Shown piece after piece: positions 19,854 through 29,640 of a stretch of DNA of 64,000 nucleotides. Both the position numbers and the translations under genes were made by a program. Positions within the stretch are counted from its first letter, which is position 1. The number at the start of each line of letters is the position of its first letter. The stretch is from Opitutales bacterium. Its GTDB lineage: Bacteria > Verrucomicrobiota > Verrucomicrobiia > Opitutales > PNEW01. The notes below the pieces were generated by a model, which had not been told where the DNA came from, did no database searches, and saw only the letters and a list, made by a program, of their open reading frames with translations. The stretch is taken from assembly GCA_965197745.1 (NCBI GenBank), contig CBDANS010000006.1:960001-1024000 (forward strand). The letters run 5' to 3'.

Positions 19854-19982
19854 GGCCACGATCAGTCGTCGTCCCGCGGTGGCGGGACTATGACCGACAG
19901 GCATCGCGTGGGCCTCCCATCTATTTCATGAGATACGAACGGGTGCCTTGCTTTTCTGGAGGGACGCACTCCGTTGCGTCCG
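19854..19982. repeat. REPIN-like unit with a 42-bp hairpin insert in the left REP
   Basis: GGCCACGA[insert 19862-19903]TCGCGTGGGCCTCCC ... CTGGAGGGACGCACTCCGTTGCGTCCG. Confidence 0.8.
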
Positions 19983-20060
19983 CATATTTCCCTGCACGAA
20001 CGCGTACTATTCACGGTTAATTCAGTCGTGCCTGGAGTTCGTAAAAGTCATGACTATTCG

Positions 20061-20237
20061 CCTGGATTGCCGCGTCACCCGCTTCTGCGGGTTCCTCGCA
20101 ATGACAAAATAATGAACATGCAGTATGTTCTGAATATACCCTTTACTAATTACACTACTATTGTCATAGCGAGGGAGGCTAAAAGCCGACCGCGGCTACC
20201 GCGCGCAGCGACATCTTCCACTCCAGGGGAATGTCAG
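20061..20237. repeat. Two oppositely oriented GTCATTGCGAG-type palindromic repeats
   Basis: CCTGGATTGCCGCG...CCTCGCAATGACA (20061-20106) and TGTCATAGCGAGG...CCAGGGGAATGTCA (from 20162). Confidence 0.8.
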
Positions 20238-20349
20238 TTGCATAACATCAGTCTCTGTATGGTAGGGTTCACCCTCAATCGAACGCTATCCAGTATACAA
20301 GTTAAAGATTAAAGCATAGTCGCATTACCGCACTCACGCATTTACCCCC

Positions 20350-23300
20350 TCATCCCCTCAACCACTTAAATTTTGTTTTCGCCTCTGACAGGAGCCGATG
20401 AAGCTCTTTGAAGTAATTTATCACCCCATTTTTAATATCCTCGAGGATGAGATAGTTAATCGGAATAAGGATGAGGGTTATAAAGGTGGCGAAGAGAATG
20501 CCAAACCCAAGCGAGACGGCCATAGGGATAAGAAACTGGGCCTGGGTGCTTTTTCCTAAAATTAAAGGAGACAGGCCGGCAAAGGTGGTCAGTGAGGTTA
20601 AAATAATCGGGCGAAAACGCGCCACCCCGGCGGTCCGCACCGCATCATGCAGCGTCATATTTTCCTTACGGCGACTGTTCACATAATGAACGAGAACCAG
20701 ACTGTCATTTACGACCACCCCGGTAAGCGCCAACATGCCGAAAGTACTGAGAATACTTAAATTCATACCCATAATAATATGACCCAGCACCGCGCCGACG
20801 AGGCCGAAGGGGATAACGGTCATTACGATCAGCGGTTGCACATAGGATTTGAAAGGGATCGCCATCATCGCATAGATCGCAAAAAGCACAAATAATGATC
20901 CCGTGTATAAGCTTCCAAAGGACTCGCGCTGTTCCCGCGCTTCCCCTTCAAAGCTCCAATTCACGCCGGGATATTGACTTGTTATACGGGGCAGAAACTG
21001 GATGAGATCTTCATTGATACCGGCAAGATCAGTTTCTTTCTTATTGATGTCTGCCCTGACATTGATGGTTCGGTTACGATTGACACGGCGAATCGTTGAG
21101 AACCCGCGTCCCATTTTTGCTTCGGCTACCGATGAAAATGGAACTTCTATTCCATCCGGCGTTCTGATGCGCATGGTCTCGAGGTTGGCGAGAGATCGGC
21201 GCTCATCCTCAGGATAGCGAATCATCACCCGCACATCTTCTCTTCCCCTCGGAATACGCTGCGCTTCCTGTCCAAAAAAAGCCTGTCTGACCTGCCGCGC
21301 AAGATCGGACATCGTAAGTCCGAGATGCTCAGCCTCGGGTTTGATCGCCAGCTTTATCTCCTGTTTGCCATCCTGAAAGGTATTGGTAATGTCAAATACT
21401 CCGGGATACTGTTGAAGACGCTCCTCAACGATCCCTACTATTTCTGATAAATCCTCAAAGTTTGAACCGGTAAGTTGAATATCGATTGGATCGCCTCCGC
21501 GCCCAATCTCGGCGCGAAAATTTAATTCCTCTGCACCGGGAATTACCCCGATCAGCTTCCTCCACTCGGCAACCAACTGGGTGCTCTTTACTTCAATGCT
21601 GCGTTCTTCAGGGGGTACGATCTGAAAGACAACCTCGCCTTTATGGGATTGCCCGCCACGGCCACCACCGCGACCACCGAATGATTCGCCCCCTAAAGTC
21701 GCGAGAATATGTTCAATTACACTCTCACCTGATTCAGGGTCGATATGTTTGTCACGAAGCTTCTCTGCCGCCGTTTCCATCCGGCTTACATGATTGGCAG
21801 TAATTTCTACTGGTGTTCCCAAGGGCATATCCAGGCGCGCCCTGGCTCTTTCACTTTGCACCCGCGGAAAGTAGGTAAAACGAATCCGCCCACTCATCAC
21901 CACCCCGAGAAAAAGAACAAAAACTCCAATAAAGATAGACAACGTAAGATAGCGACGTTTCATCGCCCTCGCCAAAATCGGTTTGTAATAAGAGACTACC
22001 AGCCACTCAAAACCATCGGCTATTTTTCGTTGCCAACGCGCTAATGGATTTAACTTCGCTCGGTCAACTTTACCCACTTTTAAATGTTTGAGGTGCGCTG
22101 GCAGGATAAGCTTGGATTCCACAATGGAAAAGAGTAACACCGGGATAACTATAGCGGGAATTTGGAAAAATATTTTCCCGCGAAAACCTCCAATCATCAA
22201 GAGGGGAGTGAATGCAATTATGGTCGTTAAGACTCCGAATATCACCGGTATGGCAACTTCCTGGGCTCCTACGGAAGCGGCTTCAACAGGATCTTCCTGA
22301 TGTTGCAAATGGGTAAAGATATTCTCACCGACAATAATCGCATCATCGACTACAATTCCGAGTACGAGAATGAAAGCAAAGAGACTGATAATATTGATCG
22401 TAACATCCAAAAACGGCATCAAGGCAATGGCTCCGAGAAAGCTTACCGGGATACCCAGACACACCCAGAAAGCAAGGGAAAATCGCAGTAATAAAGTAAG
22501 CAGGAGAAAAACAAGAAGCCCTCCCCACATCGTGCTATCGGTAAGGGTATTAAGACGGCCTTTGACTATTTTAGCCCGATCCTGCCAATAGCTGAGTTCA
22601 ACTCCTGGTGGCATTCTTCCCTGCGCATCGGCAAGGTATTCTTTTACGGTTTGCGCCAGTGTTATCGCGTTCTGGTCACCCACGCGCATGACGTCGATTA
22701 ATACGGCTTGCTTACCATTGAACCGCGCTAAAAGGGGGGTTTCCTCAAAGCCATCGCGAACGGTAGCTATCTCACCCAGTGTGAGTCGAGTGCCGTCTTC
22801 GCGCGTGAGCAAAATGATTTTCTCAAAATCCTCCTGCACGTAAGCCTGCCCCTTGGTGCGTAAAAGGATCTCCCCTCCACGGGTCTTAATCGCGCCCGCG
22901 GGAAGATCGATCGATGAATTACGCACCGCGCGCGTGACTTGATCGAAACTGAGACCGTGACGTCGCAATGTATATTCCGATACTTCTATGGAAATCTCAT
23001 AGGGGCGCACTGCTTTAAGAGCAACCTGGGTAATGCCGGGCAGGTTGGCAATTTCATCGCGTACTTGATCACCCAATCGCCGGAGTTCACGCTCGCTCAA
23101 ATTACCCGATACCACGACATTGATCACCCGGCTGCTGCGCTGTGCTACATTGATAATCGGTCTCTCTGTTTCGTCGGGAAAAGTAGAAATGGCATCAATA
23201 CGGTTCTTAATATCGTCGAGCAATTCGCGCGGATCATAACCACTGTCCACCTCGATCATTACTGAGGCCACACCCTCGGATGAAGTAGAAATAATTTCCT

Positions 23301-23538
23301 CGATGCCTTCGAGATCCTGTATCGCTTCTTCAATACGGATGACGACCCCCTCTTCAACCTCAGACGGAGTAGCTCCGCGATAAGGCATGCTAACGGTGAT
23401 ACGGTCGATATCGAAATCGGGGAAGACCTCGAGCGGTATTTTGTAGGCGAGGGAAAAGACACCCGCCATTATAATTGTAACCATGAGGAGGTTAGCCGCT
23501 ACACCGTTACGCGTAAACCAATTGATTAACCCATTCAT
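20350..23538 (-). CDS. RND efflux transporter permease subunit (AcrB/AcrD/AcrF family)
   Basis: 1062 aa, two TM bundles, GIVVDDAIIVGEN and RFRPIILTSLTT motifs. Confidence 0.95.
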   Translation of the reverse strand: MNGLINWFTRNGVAANLLMVTIIMAGVFSLAYKIPLEVFPDFDIDRITVSMPYRGATPSEVEEGVVIRIEEAIQDLEGIEEIISTSSEGVASVMIEVDSGYDPRELLDDIKNRIDAISTFPDETERPIINVAQRSSRVINVVVSGNLSERELRRLGDQVRDEIANLPGITQVALKAVRPYEISIEVSEYTLRRHGLSFDQVTRAVRNSSIDLPAGAIKTRGGEILLRTKGQAYVQEDFEKIILLTREDGTRLTLGEIATVRDGFEETPLLARFNGKQAVLIDVMRVGDQNAITLAQTVKEYLADAQGRMPPGVELSYWQDRAKIVKGRLNTLTDSTMWGGLLVFLLLTLLLRFSLAFWVCLGIPVSFLGAIALMPFLDVTINIISLFAFILVLGIVVDDAIIVGENIFTHLQHQEDPVEAASVGAQEVAIPVIFGVLTTIIAFTPLLMIGGFRGKIFFQIPAIVIPVLLFSIVESKLILPAHLKHLKVGKVDRAKLNPLARWQRKIADGFEWLVVSYYKPILARAMKRRYLTLSIFIGVFVLFLGVVMSGRIRFTYFPRVQSERARARLDMPLGTPVEITANHVSRMETAAEKLRDKHIDPESGESVIEHILATLGGESFGGRGGGRGGQSHKGEVVFQIVPPEERSIEVKSTQLVAEWRKLIGVIPGAEELNFRAEIGRGGDPIDIQLTGSNFEDLSEIVGIVEERLQQYPGVFDITNTFQDGKQEIKLAIKPEAEHLGLTMSDLARQVRQAFFGQEAQRIPRGREDVRVMIRYPEDERRSLANLETMRIRTPDGIEVPFSSVAEAKMGRGFSTIRRVNRNRTINVRADINKKETDLAGINEDLIQFLPRITSQYPGVNWSFEGEAREQRESFGSLYTGSLFVLFAIYAMMAIPFKSYVQPLIVMTVIPFGLVGAVLGHIIMGMNLSILSTFGMLALTGVVVNDSLVLVHYVNSRRKENMTLHDAVRTAGVARFRPIILTSLTTFAGLSPLILGKSTQAQFLIPMAVSLGFGILFATFITLILIPINYLILEDIKNGVINYFKELHRLLSEAKTKFKWLRG

Positions 23539-24863
23539 GTTGAACTTTCTCTTTCCGTCTCCCGTTCTCCCGCTACCTTAGGGTCGTTGTCTTCAGGAGT
23601 TGCTTGCAGCGATTCCGGCGGAGGTTCGCTCTGCTTGGATTCGCTCGTAATTTCCGCGCCTCTATTCATTTTTCGTTTCATATTTGGAGGACTTTCGCCG
23701 ACATAGTGGGGAACAACTTGCGCCCCTTCTGCTGCATAAGGGAGTGGCGTCAGGCAGAGGACCTCACCTGGCTCTAACTGTTTTCGCACAACCACATTTT
23801 CTGAATCGCTCCAGACAATTTCCACCACTCTACGAATCAATTTATTATCTCCATCTATAAGGAGTACTTCACGCCCTTCACGCAAAGTTGATCGCGAGAT
23901 GACAAAGACATCTCTAAGGACGTCACCCATAATTTCGGCTTCGACAAACTGCCCTGCTTTTAATGGCGGTCGATTAGCCACGCTGCGTCCGTAAGGATCG
24001 TCCACTTGTGCGACGACAAAAAGCTGACGGCTCCGTGTATCAATAGCTCCTTCCGTTCGCACAATTTGTCCCTCCCAGGTATGACGCTGCTCACCAAATG
24101 ATGCCCCGAGAATAACCTTAGGCCCTGATTCTAATTCCCCGGCACTTTCACCACGGTAAATTTCCGGCAGTTTAACAAAGGCTGTCTCGATATCACTGAG
24201 CGGCAGGCGTATTTCGGCATAATCGACAGCGTATATACGCGCCAGAACAGTGCCGGGTGTTACGTATTGCCCGACATCGACACGCTTTTCAAGAATCCTT
24301 CCCGCGTAAGGAGCCTTTATTTGTGTTCGCTCTAATTCGCGCCTGGACTGATCCCGCCGTGCGCTAGCGGAGGCAACTGCCGCCTTCGCATCTGTCAATT
24401 GCGGCTGACGCAATACGAGGGCGCCCGGATCACTGCCATCTCCCAGCTTTTTCCAATCCTCCAAAGCCTGTTCAGAACGTGCCTCCTCCTCGACATAATT
24501 AAGTTCTGCTTTGGCCAGATTGGCTTCGGCTACAACTAAAGCAGTCTCATAATCACTCTTCTCAATGGCGAGCAGGACATCACCCTCCTCGAAAAATCCG
24601 CCTTCACGAAACGCGGATGAGACAAATTCGATTCGTCCAGATACTTGAGGGATGAGGGTGCTTTCCGTTCGCGGCCTTACCGTGCCTTGCGTTTGAATGA
24701 CTACGGGATAATCTTTAAGCTCTAACCGAACAGCATCGACATGGGTTATGGACGGTGGTGGTTTTCGCCGCGGAGGTTTTTCCTTGGTGACTATCATCAC
24801 AAAGGCAATAACCATACAGGTAAATACAACAATAATCGGTAAAAAGATTTTAAAATCATTCAT
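23535..24863 (-). CDS. RND efflux periplasmic adaptor (MFP) subunit
   Basis: PQVSGRI lipoyl-like half motif, IKAPYAGRI, N-terminal TM anchor; ATG 24863 chosen to avoid overlap with the outer-membrane gene. Confidence 0.92.
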   Translation of the reverse strand: MNDFKIFLPIIVVFTCMVIAFVMIVTKEKPPRRKPPPSITHVDAVRLELKDYPVVIQTQGTVRPRTESTLIPQVSGRIEFVSSAFREGGFFEEGDVLLAIEKSDYETALVVAEANLAKAELNYVEEEARSEQALEDWKKLGDGSDPGALVLRQPQLTDAKAAVASASARRDQSRRELERTQIKAPYAGRILEKRVDVGQYVTPGTVLARIYAVDYAEIRLPLSDIETAFVKLPEIYRGESAGELESGPKVILGASFGEQRHTWEGQIVRTEGAIDTRSRQLFVVAQVDDPYGRSVANRPPLKAGQFVEAEIMGDVLRDVFVISRSTLREGREVLLIDGDNKLIRRVVEIVWSDSENVVVRKQLEPGEVLCLTPLPYAAEGAQVVPHYVGESPPNMKRKMNRGAEITSESKQSEPPPESLQATPEDNDPKVAGERETERESST

Positions 24864-24876
24864 GGTGTCACTGAAC

Positions 24877-26346
24877 TTAAGAATCTTTGCCATCCACACG
24901 TGTCTCAATCCCGCTGTGCGCGGTTGAATCCGGCAAACCAAAATCACCCCCGAGAGCGAGATAGAGATCAATCCGGTTCTGCAGTCGCTGATTGGATATC
25001 TGTAAAAGTTGTCGCTTTGAATCAAAAGCCCGGCGCTGCGATTCTAAAACGGTTACTATTTCCGTTAATCCTTTTTGGTATTGATCCCAAGCCAGGTCTT
25101 CAGCCTCTAAAGCTTCTTCGGCTCCATTGCGCAAGGCTGACTCCTGTTCCTTGAGATAGACTTCCGCTGAAAGCGCACTTTCAACTTCTCGAAAGGCTTG
25201 AAGCGCGGTCTGACTATAATCTGCCAAGGCCTGTTCCCGACTAGCCTGTGATCGATCGACACCTGCCGCCAGTCTTCGCCCTTGATATAGGGGTTGTGTT
25301 AAATTACCAATAAGACTCCAAACAGTGAAATCGGTATTAAGAATCTCGGAAAGATCATTGGTGCTGGTCCCCCCGCTTGCCGTCAATCGGATAGATGGGA
25401 GTTGATTTTTTTTCGACTCTTTCACCCGACTATCAGCCGCGGCAAGGCGACGTTCTGCTGCCTGTATATCCGGTCTCCTTCCCAGGAGCTCCGCGGGCAA
25501 CCCCACAGGAACAGGTTGCGTAATTAAGGGTAAGTCACTGGCAACAGCCAATTGATAAGCTGGGTAGCGCCCCATGATGACTTCAAGAGTGCGTACATCC
25601 GCGTCACGCTGGCGCATCCTTGAATGCAGGTTACTCCGGGCCGCCGCTACATTGGTACGGGTTAACCGCACATCGAGGGCGCGGATGATGCCCCTGCGAA
25701 ATCGCTCTTCTACGACCTCAAGATTATCTTCAAAACTTTTTACGGTTTCTTCGGCCAGTCTCAGTTGTAACTCCGCCTCGATGGCATTAAACCATGACTT
25801 CGAGGTGCGCCCGGCTAAGGATAAACGCGCCGAGCGATAATCGGATTCCGATGCTTCGAAATCAGCGACGGCTGCCCGAGCCCTGTCACGCAATCGACCC
25901 CAAAGGTCTATTTCCCAGTTGATATCAAAAGAAATGCCAAATGTGTCGGTGCGATTACTGGTTAGGGCAAAACCGCTTGTCCCCGTTCGCTGACGACGTG
26001 CCCCACTTACACCCGAGTTGATTTGTGGATAGCGGTCTGCTCCCAAGATTATGGTGTTGGCGCGAGAGATTTCAAGCCGTGCCGCTACCGACTGCAGATT
26101 ATAGTTGTGCGCCAGTGCTTGAGCGATCATCTCGGGAAGAAGCGGGTCCTCTATATCTTTAAGCCAACCACTGGAAAATGGCGGCAGCGATTCTTCCCCA
26201 AGCGCTGTCCATTTTACAGGAGTCTTAATATTGAGCTCGCCGGATTGATCCTTGGGCGGCGTGTTACACCCCGCCAGCAGCAATAAGATAACCAGGAAAT
26301 TCAGTGATCCGTTTCTTATCATTTTTATATCCATGTTGCTTTCCAC
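24877..26346 (-). CDS. Outer membrane efflux lipoprotein (NodT/OprM family)
   Basis: Lipobox LLAGC, WEIDLWGR, PAELLGRRPDI, DLYLALGG. Confidence 0.94.
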   Translation of the reverse strand: MESNMDIKMIRNGSLNFLVILLLLAGCNTPPKDQSGELNIKTPVKWTALGEESLPPFSSGWLKDIEDPLLPEMIAQALAHNYNLQSVAARLEISRANTIILGADRYPQINSGVSGARRQRTGTSGFALTSNRTDTFGISFDINWEIDLWGRLRDRARAAVADFEASESDYRSARLSLAGRTSKSWFNAIEAELQLRLAEETVKSFEDNLEVVEERFRRGIIRALDVRLTRTNVAAARSNLHSRMRQRDADVRTLEVIMGRYPAYQLAVASDLPLITQPVPVGLPAELLGRRPDIQAAERRLAAADSRVKESKKNQLPSIRLTASGGTSTNDLSEILNTDFTVWSLIGNLTQPLYQGRRLAAGVDRSQASREQALADYSQTALQAFREVESALSAEVYLKEQESALRNGAEEALEAEDLAWDQYQKGLTEIVTVLESQRRAFDSKRQLLQISNQRLQNRIDLYLALGGDFGLPDSTAHSGIETRVDGKDS

Positions 26347-26351
26347 AGAAT

Positions 26352-27005
26352 TTACTTAGCGCGGAACCCCGCACAGATAAAATCGATTAATCGTGTAACC
26401 ATCCCTTGAATATCTTCGGGGTCGCACAGGTCCTTGGAAGTATTTTTTACCCGCTGCCTTGTCATCATCGATGAAAGCATCAGGGATAGAGCAAAATGAA
26501 ACCGCCAATGGATTTCTGCCGTTTCGAGCTCCGGCATCGTTTCACTCAAGGCCTCTAATATTTTGGATACTAGTATCTTGAAATGCCCCTCATACACTGC
26601 TTTACTCAGCGACGGTTGCTCTGATCCCGCGCTCTCTATTATGTGAATAATATTCATCGTGTCTTTATCTGTGTACGGCGCTTCCGAATGAAAAAAGGGC
26701 AGAAATAATGCCTCAAATATCTTTTCGAGAGGAATGGGCTGACCTGCCGCTTCGACTCTATATTTCTCGAGCAAGGCATAGCGCCGCTCGTTTACGGGTT
26801 CAACCCGCCGCCTGATGAGCTCATTCAGCATCTCTTCTTTCGAGCCAAAATGATAATTGACGGAGGCCACGTTCGCATCCGCTTCCCTTGTAATTTGTCG
26901 TAAAGATGTGGCCTTGAATCCGTGCTCCGCAAACAGACGCTGCGCCGTGTTCAAGAGACGCTCGCGTGTGTCAGGTTGACTGGGTATGGCTTTTTCCGCT
27001 TCCAT
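26352..27005 (-). CDS. TetR/AcrR family transcriptional regulator
   Basis: HTH LFAEHGFKATSLRQITREADANVASVNYHFGSK; first gene of the efflux operon. Confidence 0.94.
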   Translation of the reverse strand: MEAEKAIPSQPDTRERLLNTAQRLFAEHGFKATSLRQITREADANVASVNYHFGSKEEMLNELIRRRVEPVNERRYALLEKYRVEAAGQPIPLEKIFEALFLPFFHSEAPYTDKDTMNIIHIIESAGSEQPSLSKAVYEGHFKILVSKILEALSETMPELETAEIHWRFHFALSLMLSSMMTRQRVKNTSKDLCDPEDIQGMVTRLIDFICAGFRAK

Positions 27006-27007
27006 TT

Positions 27008-27054
27008 AAACATTTGTTTAAAACAAATGTTTGATATTAAAGGGAGATTGTCAA
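27008..27054 (-). promoter_or_regulatory. Putative TetR operator overlapping the promoter
   Basis: Perfect 12-bp inverted repeat AAACATTTGTTT-A-AAACAAATGTTT (27008-27032), 2 nt from the ATG; TTGACA on the minus strand at 27049-54. Confidence 0.75.
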
Positions 27055-27142
27055 ATGGTTTTTACTAAAAGGTATAATTGGTTATGAATTAATAAGATAA
27101 GTAATAATTTGTCCGGGGTAGGTGGACTTCATTGTCTTCACT

Positions 27143-27372
27143 TGTCATTGCGAGGGGGCTATCAGCCGACCGTGGCAATCCAGGGGGATGTAAGTTGCGT
27201 TAATTAAATCTACAGATGTTAGGATGTTTATATGATATTCCGTTTTTGTGCTTTTAAAGATGTCGCCCTCGGTTGCGCAGCGACATCTTTTATTCTCGGG
27301 GTCTGTCGGTTACGTGTTGACATTCCCCTGGATTGCTTCGTCTCCCGCAGTTGCGGGATCCTCGCAATAACA
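27143..27372. repeat. Inverted pair of GTCATTGCGAG-type repeats with a central palindrome
   Basis: TGTCATTGCGAGG...GCAATCCAGGGG and CCCCTGGATTGC...CTCGCAATAACA; AAAGATGTCGC...GCGACATCTTT at 27256-27290. Confidence 0.85.
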
Positions 27373-27543
27373 ATAAAAAACCTTATTATGAAGTCATTCT
27401 ATTTTTCCCAACTTCCAGATTTAGGGAATGATTACTTGGTAAGATGCTCTTAACTACCATCGAGAAAGATTGAATATTTAACTCATTTAGATTACACGAA
27501 AAGTGGAACGAGTCGCCCTTACTCAATAGTGTTCTTAATTTTA

Positions 27544-29640
27544 ATGAAAAGATACCGCGTCGTTATATATGCCATACTAATCCTTTACTCGATGGGTAAT
27601 GGCTTGGGGGCTGAGTCGGTGCGCGACCAATATGTCGAAGCAGAGCTCATCTCGGAGTTCAGCTCTGTGCAGCCGGGGCAATCTTTTACCGTTGCTTTGA
27701 AACTTAAGCATGATGAGGGCTGGCATACTTACTGGAAAAACCCGGGAGATGCGGGCCTTGCTACCGGGATCACCTGGGATCTGCCCGATGGTTTTACCCC
27801 GGGCCCGATTCAATGGCCAACACCACACCAACTGCCTTTTCAAGGCGGCATTAATTATGGTTACGAAGGGACTGTTCTTCTTCTCGTAGATATTGAATCC
27901 CCCGAAAATTTAAAGGAAAGTGAAGTCCGTTTGTCTGCGGTTGTTGATTGGTTAATGTGCGAAAACGTATGCATACCAGGCAGAGCAGAATTAACCCTGC
28001 CGTTGAAGGTGAATGATAATCCATCGGAATATGATGCTAAATGGCACTCCGTGTTCGCGAAAACGCGTCAAGGATTGCCGCGTGAACTCACTGCATGGGA
28101 AGTTAAAGGGTATAATGATGGCGATTTAATATCACTTTTAATTACCCCGGATGAAGATGCGCAAAAGGATATAAAAGATGCTTATTTCTTTTCCGGAGAC
28201 GCGCAAATCGATTCCAATGCTTTACAATCTCTGAAAAAAAAGGGTGCCGGGTACTGGCTGTCTTTAACCCGTTCAAGCTACGCTGATGATGCTTCTAAAA
28301 GTTTGCCCGGAACGCTTTATTCGGAAGCCGGATGGCTTGCGGATGGCAGTGTCACCGCAATGCAAATTGATCCCCAGTTAATTTCGGGTCCCCCGCCAAT
28401 CACTGAATCCTCAACACCTCCATCAAGTTCGGCGGCAACACCGGGAAAATTAATCGTAATTCTTGGCCTGGCCTTTGTCGGGGGACTGATTCTAAACCTT
28501 ATGCCCTGTGTATTTCCTGTCCTCGGATTAAAGATCATGGGGTTTGTGCATCAGGCGGGAGAAGACCGTCGTAAAATAACACAGCATGGGCTGGTTTTTA
28601 CTTCAGGTGTGCTTGTCTCTTTCTGGCTACTAACAGGGATACTCATCGCTCTAAGAGCGGGAGGAAAAGAACTCGGTTGGGGCTTTCAACTTCAATCGCC
28701 AGCCTTTGTCTTCACCCTTGCTGTCGTGATATTCGTCTTCGCCATGAACTTGAGCGGAGTTTTTGAAGTGGGAGGATCGGCCGTGGGAATCGGAAGTAAG
28801 CTGACCGCGATGTCCGGGCTGACGGGTTCCTTTTTCACTGGCGTCCTCGCGACAGTGGTAGCAACTCCCTGCGCGGCGCCTTTTCTCGCACCTGCGCTGG
28901 GTGCCGCACTAACGCTTTCATCATTTGAATCATTGATCGTATTTACCGCTATAGCTCTCGGTTTGTCGCTACCCTATCTGCTCCTTTCTATTTTTCCGGG
29001 CATGGTTAATATGCTGCCACGCCCTGGAGATTGGATGGAAACGTTTAAACAGCTACTCGCTTTTCCCCTCTATGCAACGACCGGTTTTCTCCTATGGGTT
29101 CTTGCCGGGCAGATTGAAGAATTCAGTTTGCTGAGCGCCATTATCGGAATTGTCTTAATCGCGCTGACCTTCTGGTTTTACGGGCGTTTTACGACACCCT
29201 CGCGAAATAGAGTTGTTCGCCGTTGGGCACAAGTGGGGTCAATCGCCTTTCTCGGTTTAGGTTTATTTATCGGTTACCCTCTTGAAAAAAAATCAGGCAT
29301 CGAGTGGCAAGTGTGGTCACCCGATAAAGTAATAGCATTACAGGCTGAAGGGCATCCCGTGTATGTGGACTTTACCGCAAGGTGGTGCGCAACCTGTCAA
29401 ACAAACAAAGCAGCGGTATTTTCTTCAAACGCGGTTATTAAAACTTTTCGCGAGAAAAGAATCGTGGCCCTTAAAGCAGACTGGACACGTTTTGACCCTT
29501 TAATCACAGATACGCTGGCGACTTTTGGCCGTTCTGCGGTCCCCTTTAACCTTATTTATGATCCGGATCATCGCGACCCTGTTATCCTCCCTGAATTGCT
29601 TACTCCCGGGATTGTCCTCGATGCTCTCAACCGGCTTTAA
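27544..29640 (+). CDS. dsbD: Thiol:disulfide interchange protein (DsbD family)
   Basis: GWHTYWKNPGDAG N-domain with CENVC, TM cysteines LMPCVFP and ATPCAAP, thioredoxin motif WCATC. Confidence 0.9.
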   Translation: MKRYRVVIYAILILYSMGNGLGAESVRDQYVEAELISEFSSVQPGQSFTVALKLKHDEGWHTYWKNPGDAGLATGITWDLPDGFTPGPIQWPTPHQLPFQGGINYGYEGTVLLLVDIESPENLKESEVRLSAVVDWLMCENVCIPGRAELTLPLKVNDNPSEYDAKWHSVFAKTRQGLPRELTAWEVKGYNDGDLISLLITPDEDAQKDIKDAYFFSGDAQIDSNALQSLKKKGAGYWLSLTRSSYADDASKSLPGTLYSEAGWLADGSVTAMQIDPQLISGPPPITESSTPPSSSAATPGKLIVILGLAFVGGLILNLMPCVFPVLGLKIMGFVHQAGEDRRKITQHGLVFTSGVLVSFWLLTGILIALRAGGKELGWGFQLQSPAFVFTLAVVIFVFAMNLSGVFEVGGSAVGIGSKLTAMSGLTGSFFTGVLATVVATPCAAPFLAPALGAALTLSSFESLIVFTAIALGLSLPYLLLSIFPGMVNMLPRPGDWMETFKQLLAFPLYATTGFLLWVLAGQIEEFSLLSAIIGIVLIALTFWFYGRFTTPSRNRVVRRWAQVGSIAFLGLGLFIGYPLEKKSGIEWQVWSPDKVIALQAEGHPVYVDFTARWCATCQTNKAAVFSSNAVIKTFREKRIVALKADWTRFDPLITDTLATFGRSAVPFNLIYDPDHRDPVILPELLTPGIVLDALNRL

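Noticed and set aside
19974..20312. 112-aa ORF between the surface protein and acrB
   Set aside because: It is made largely of REP and GTCATTGCGAG repeat sequence.
24864..25025. N-terminal extension of the MFP ORF
   Set aside because: It overlaps the outer-membrane factor gene; ATG 24863 directly precedes the TM anchor.
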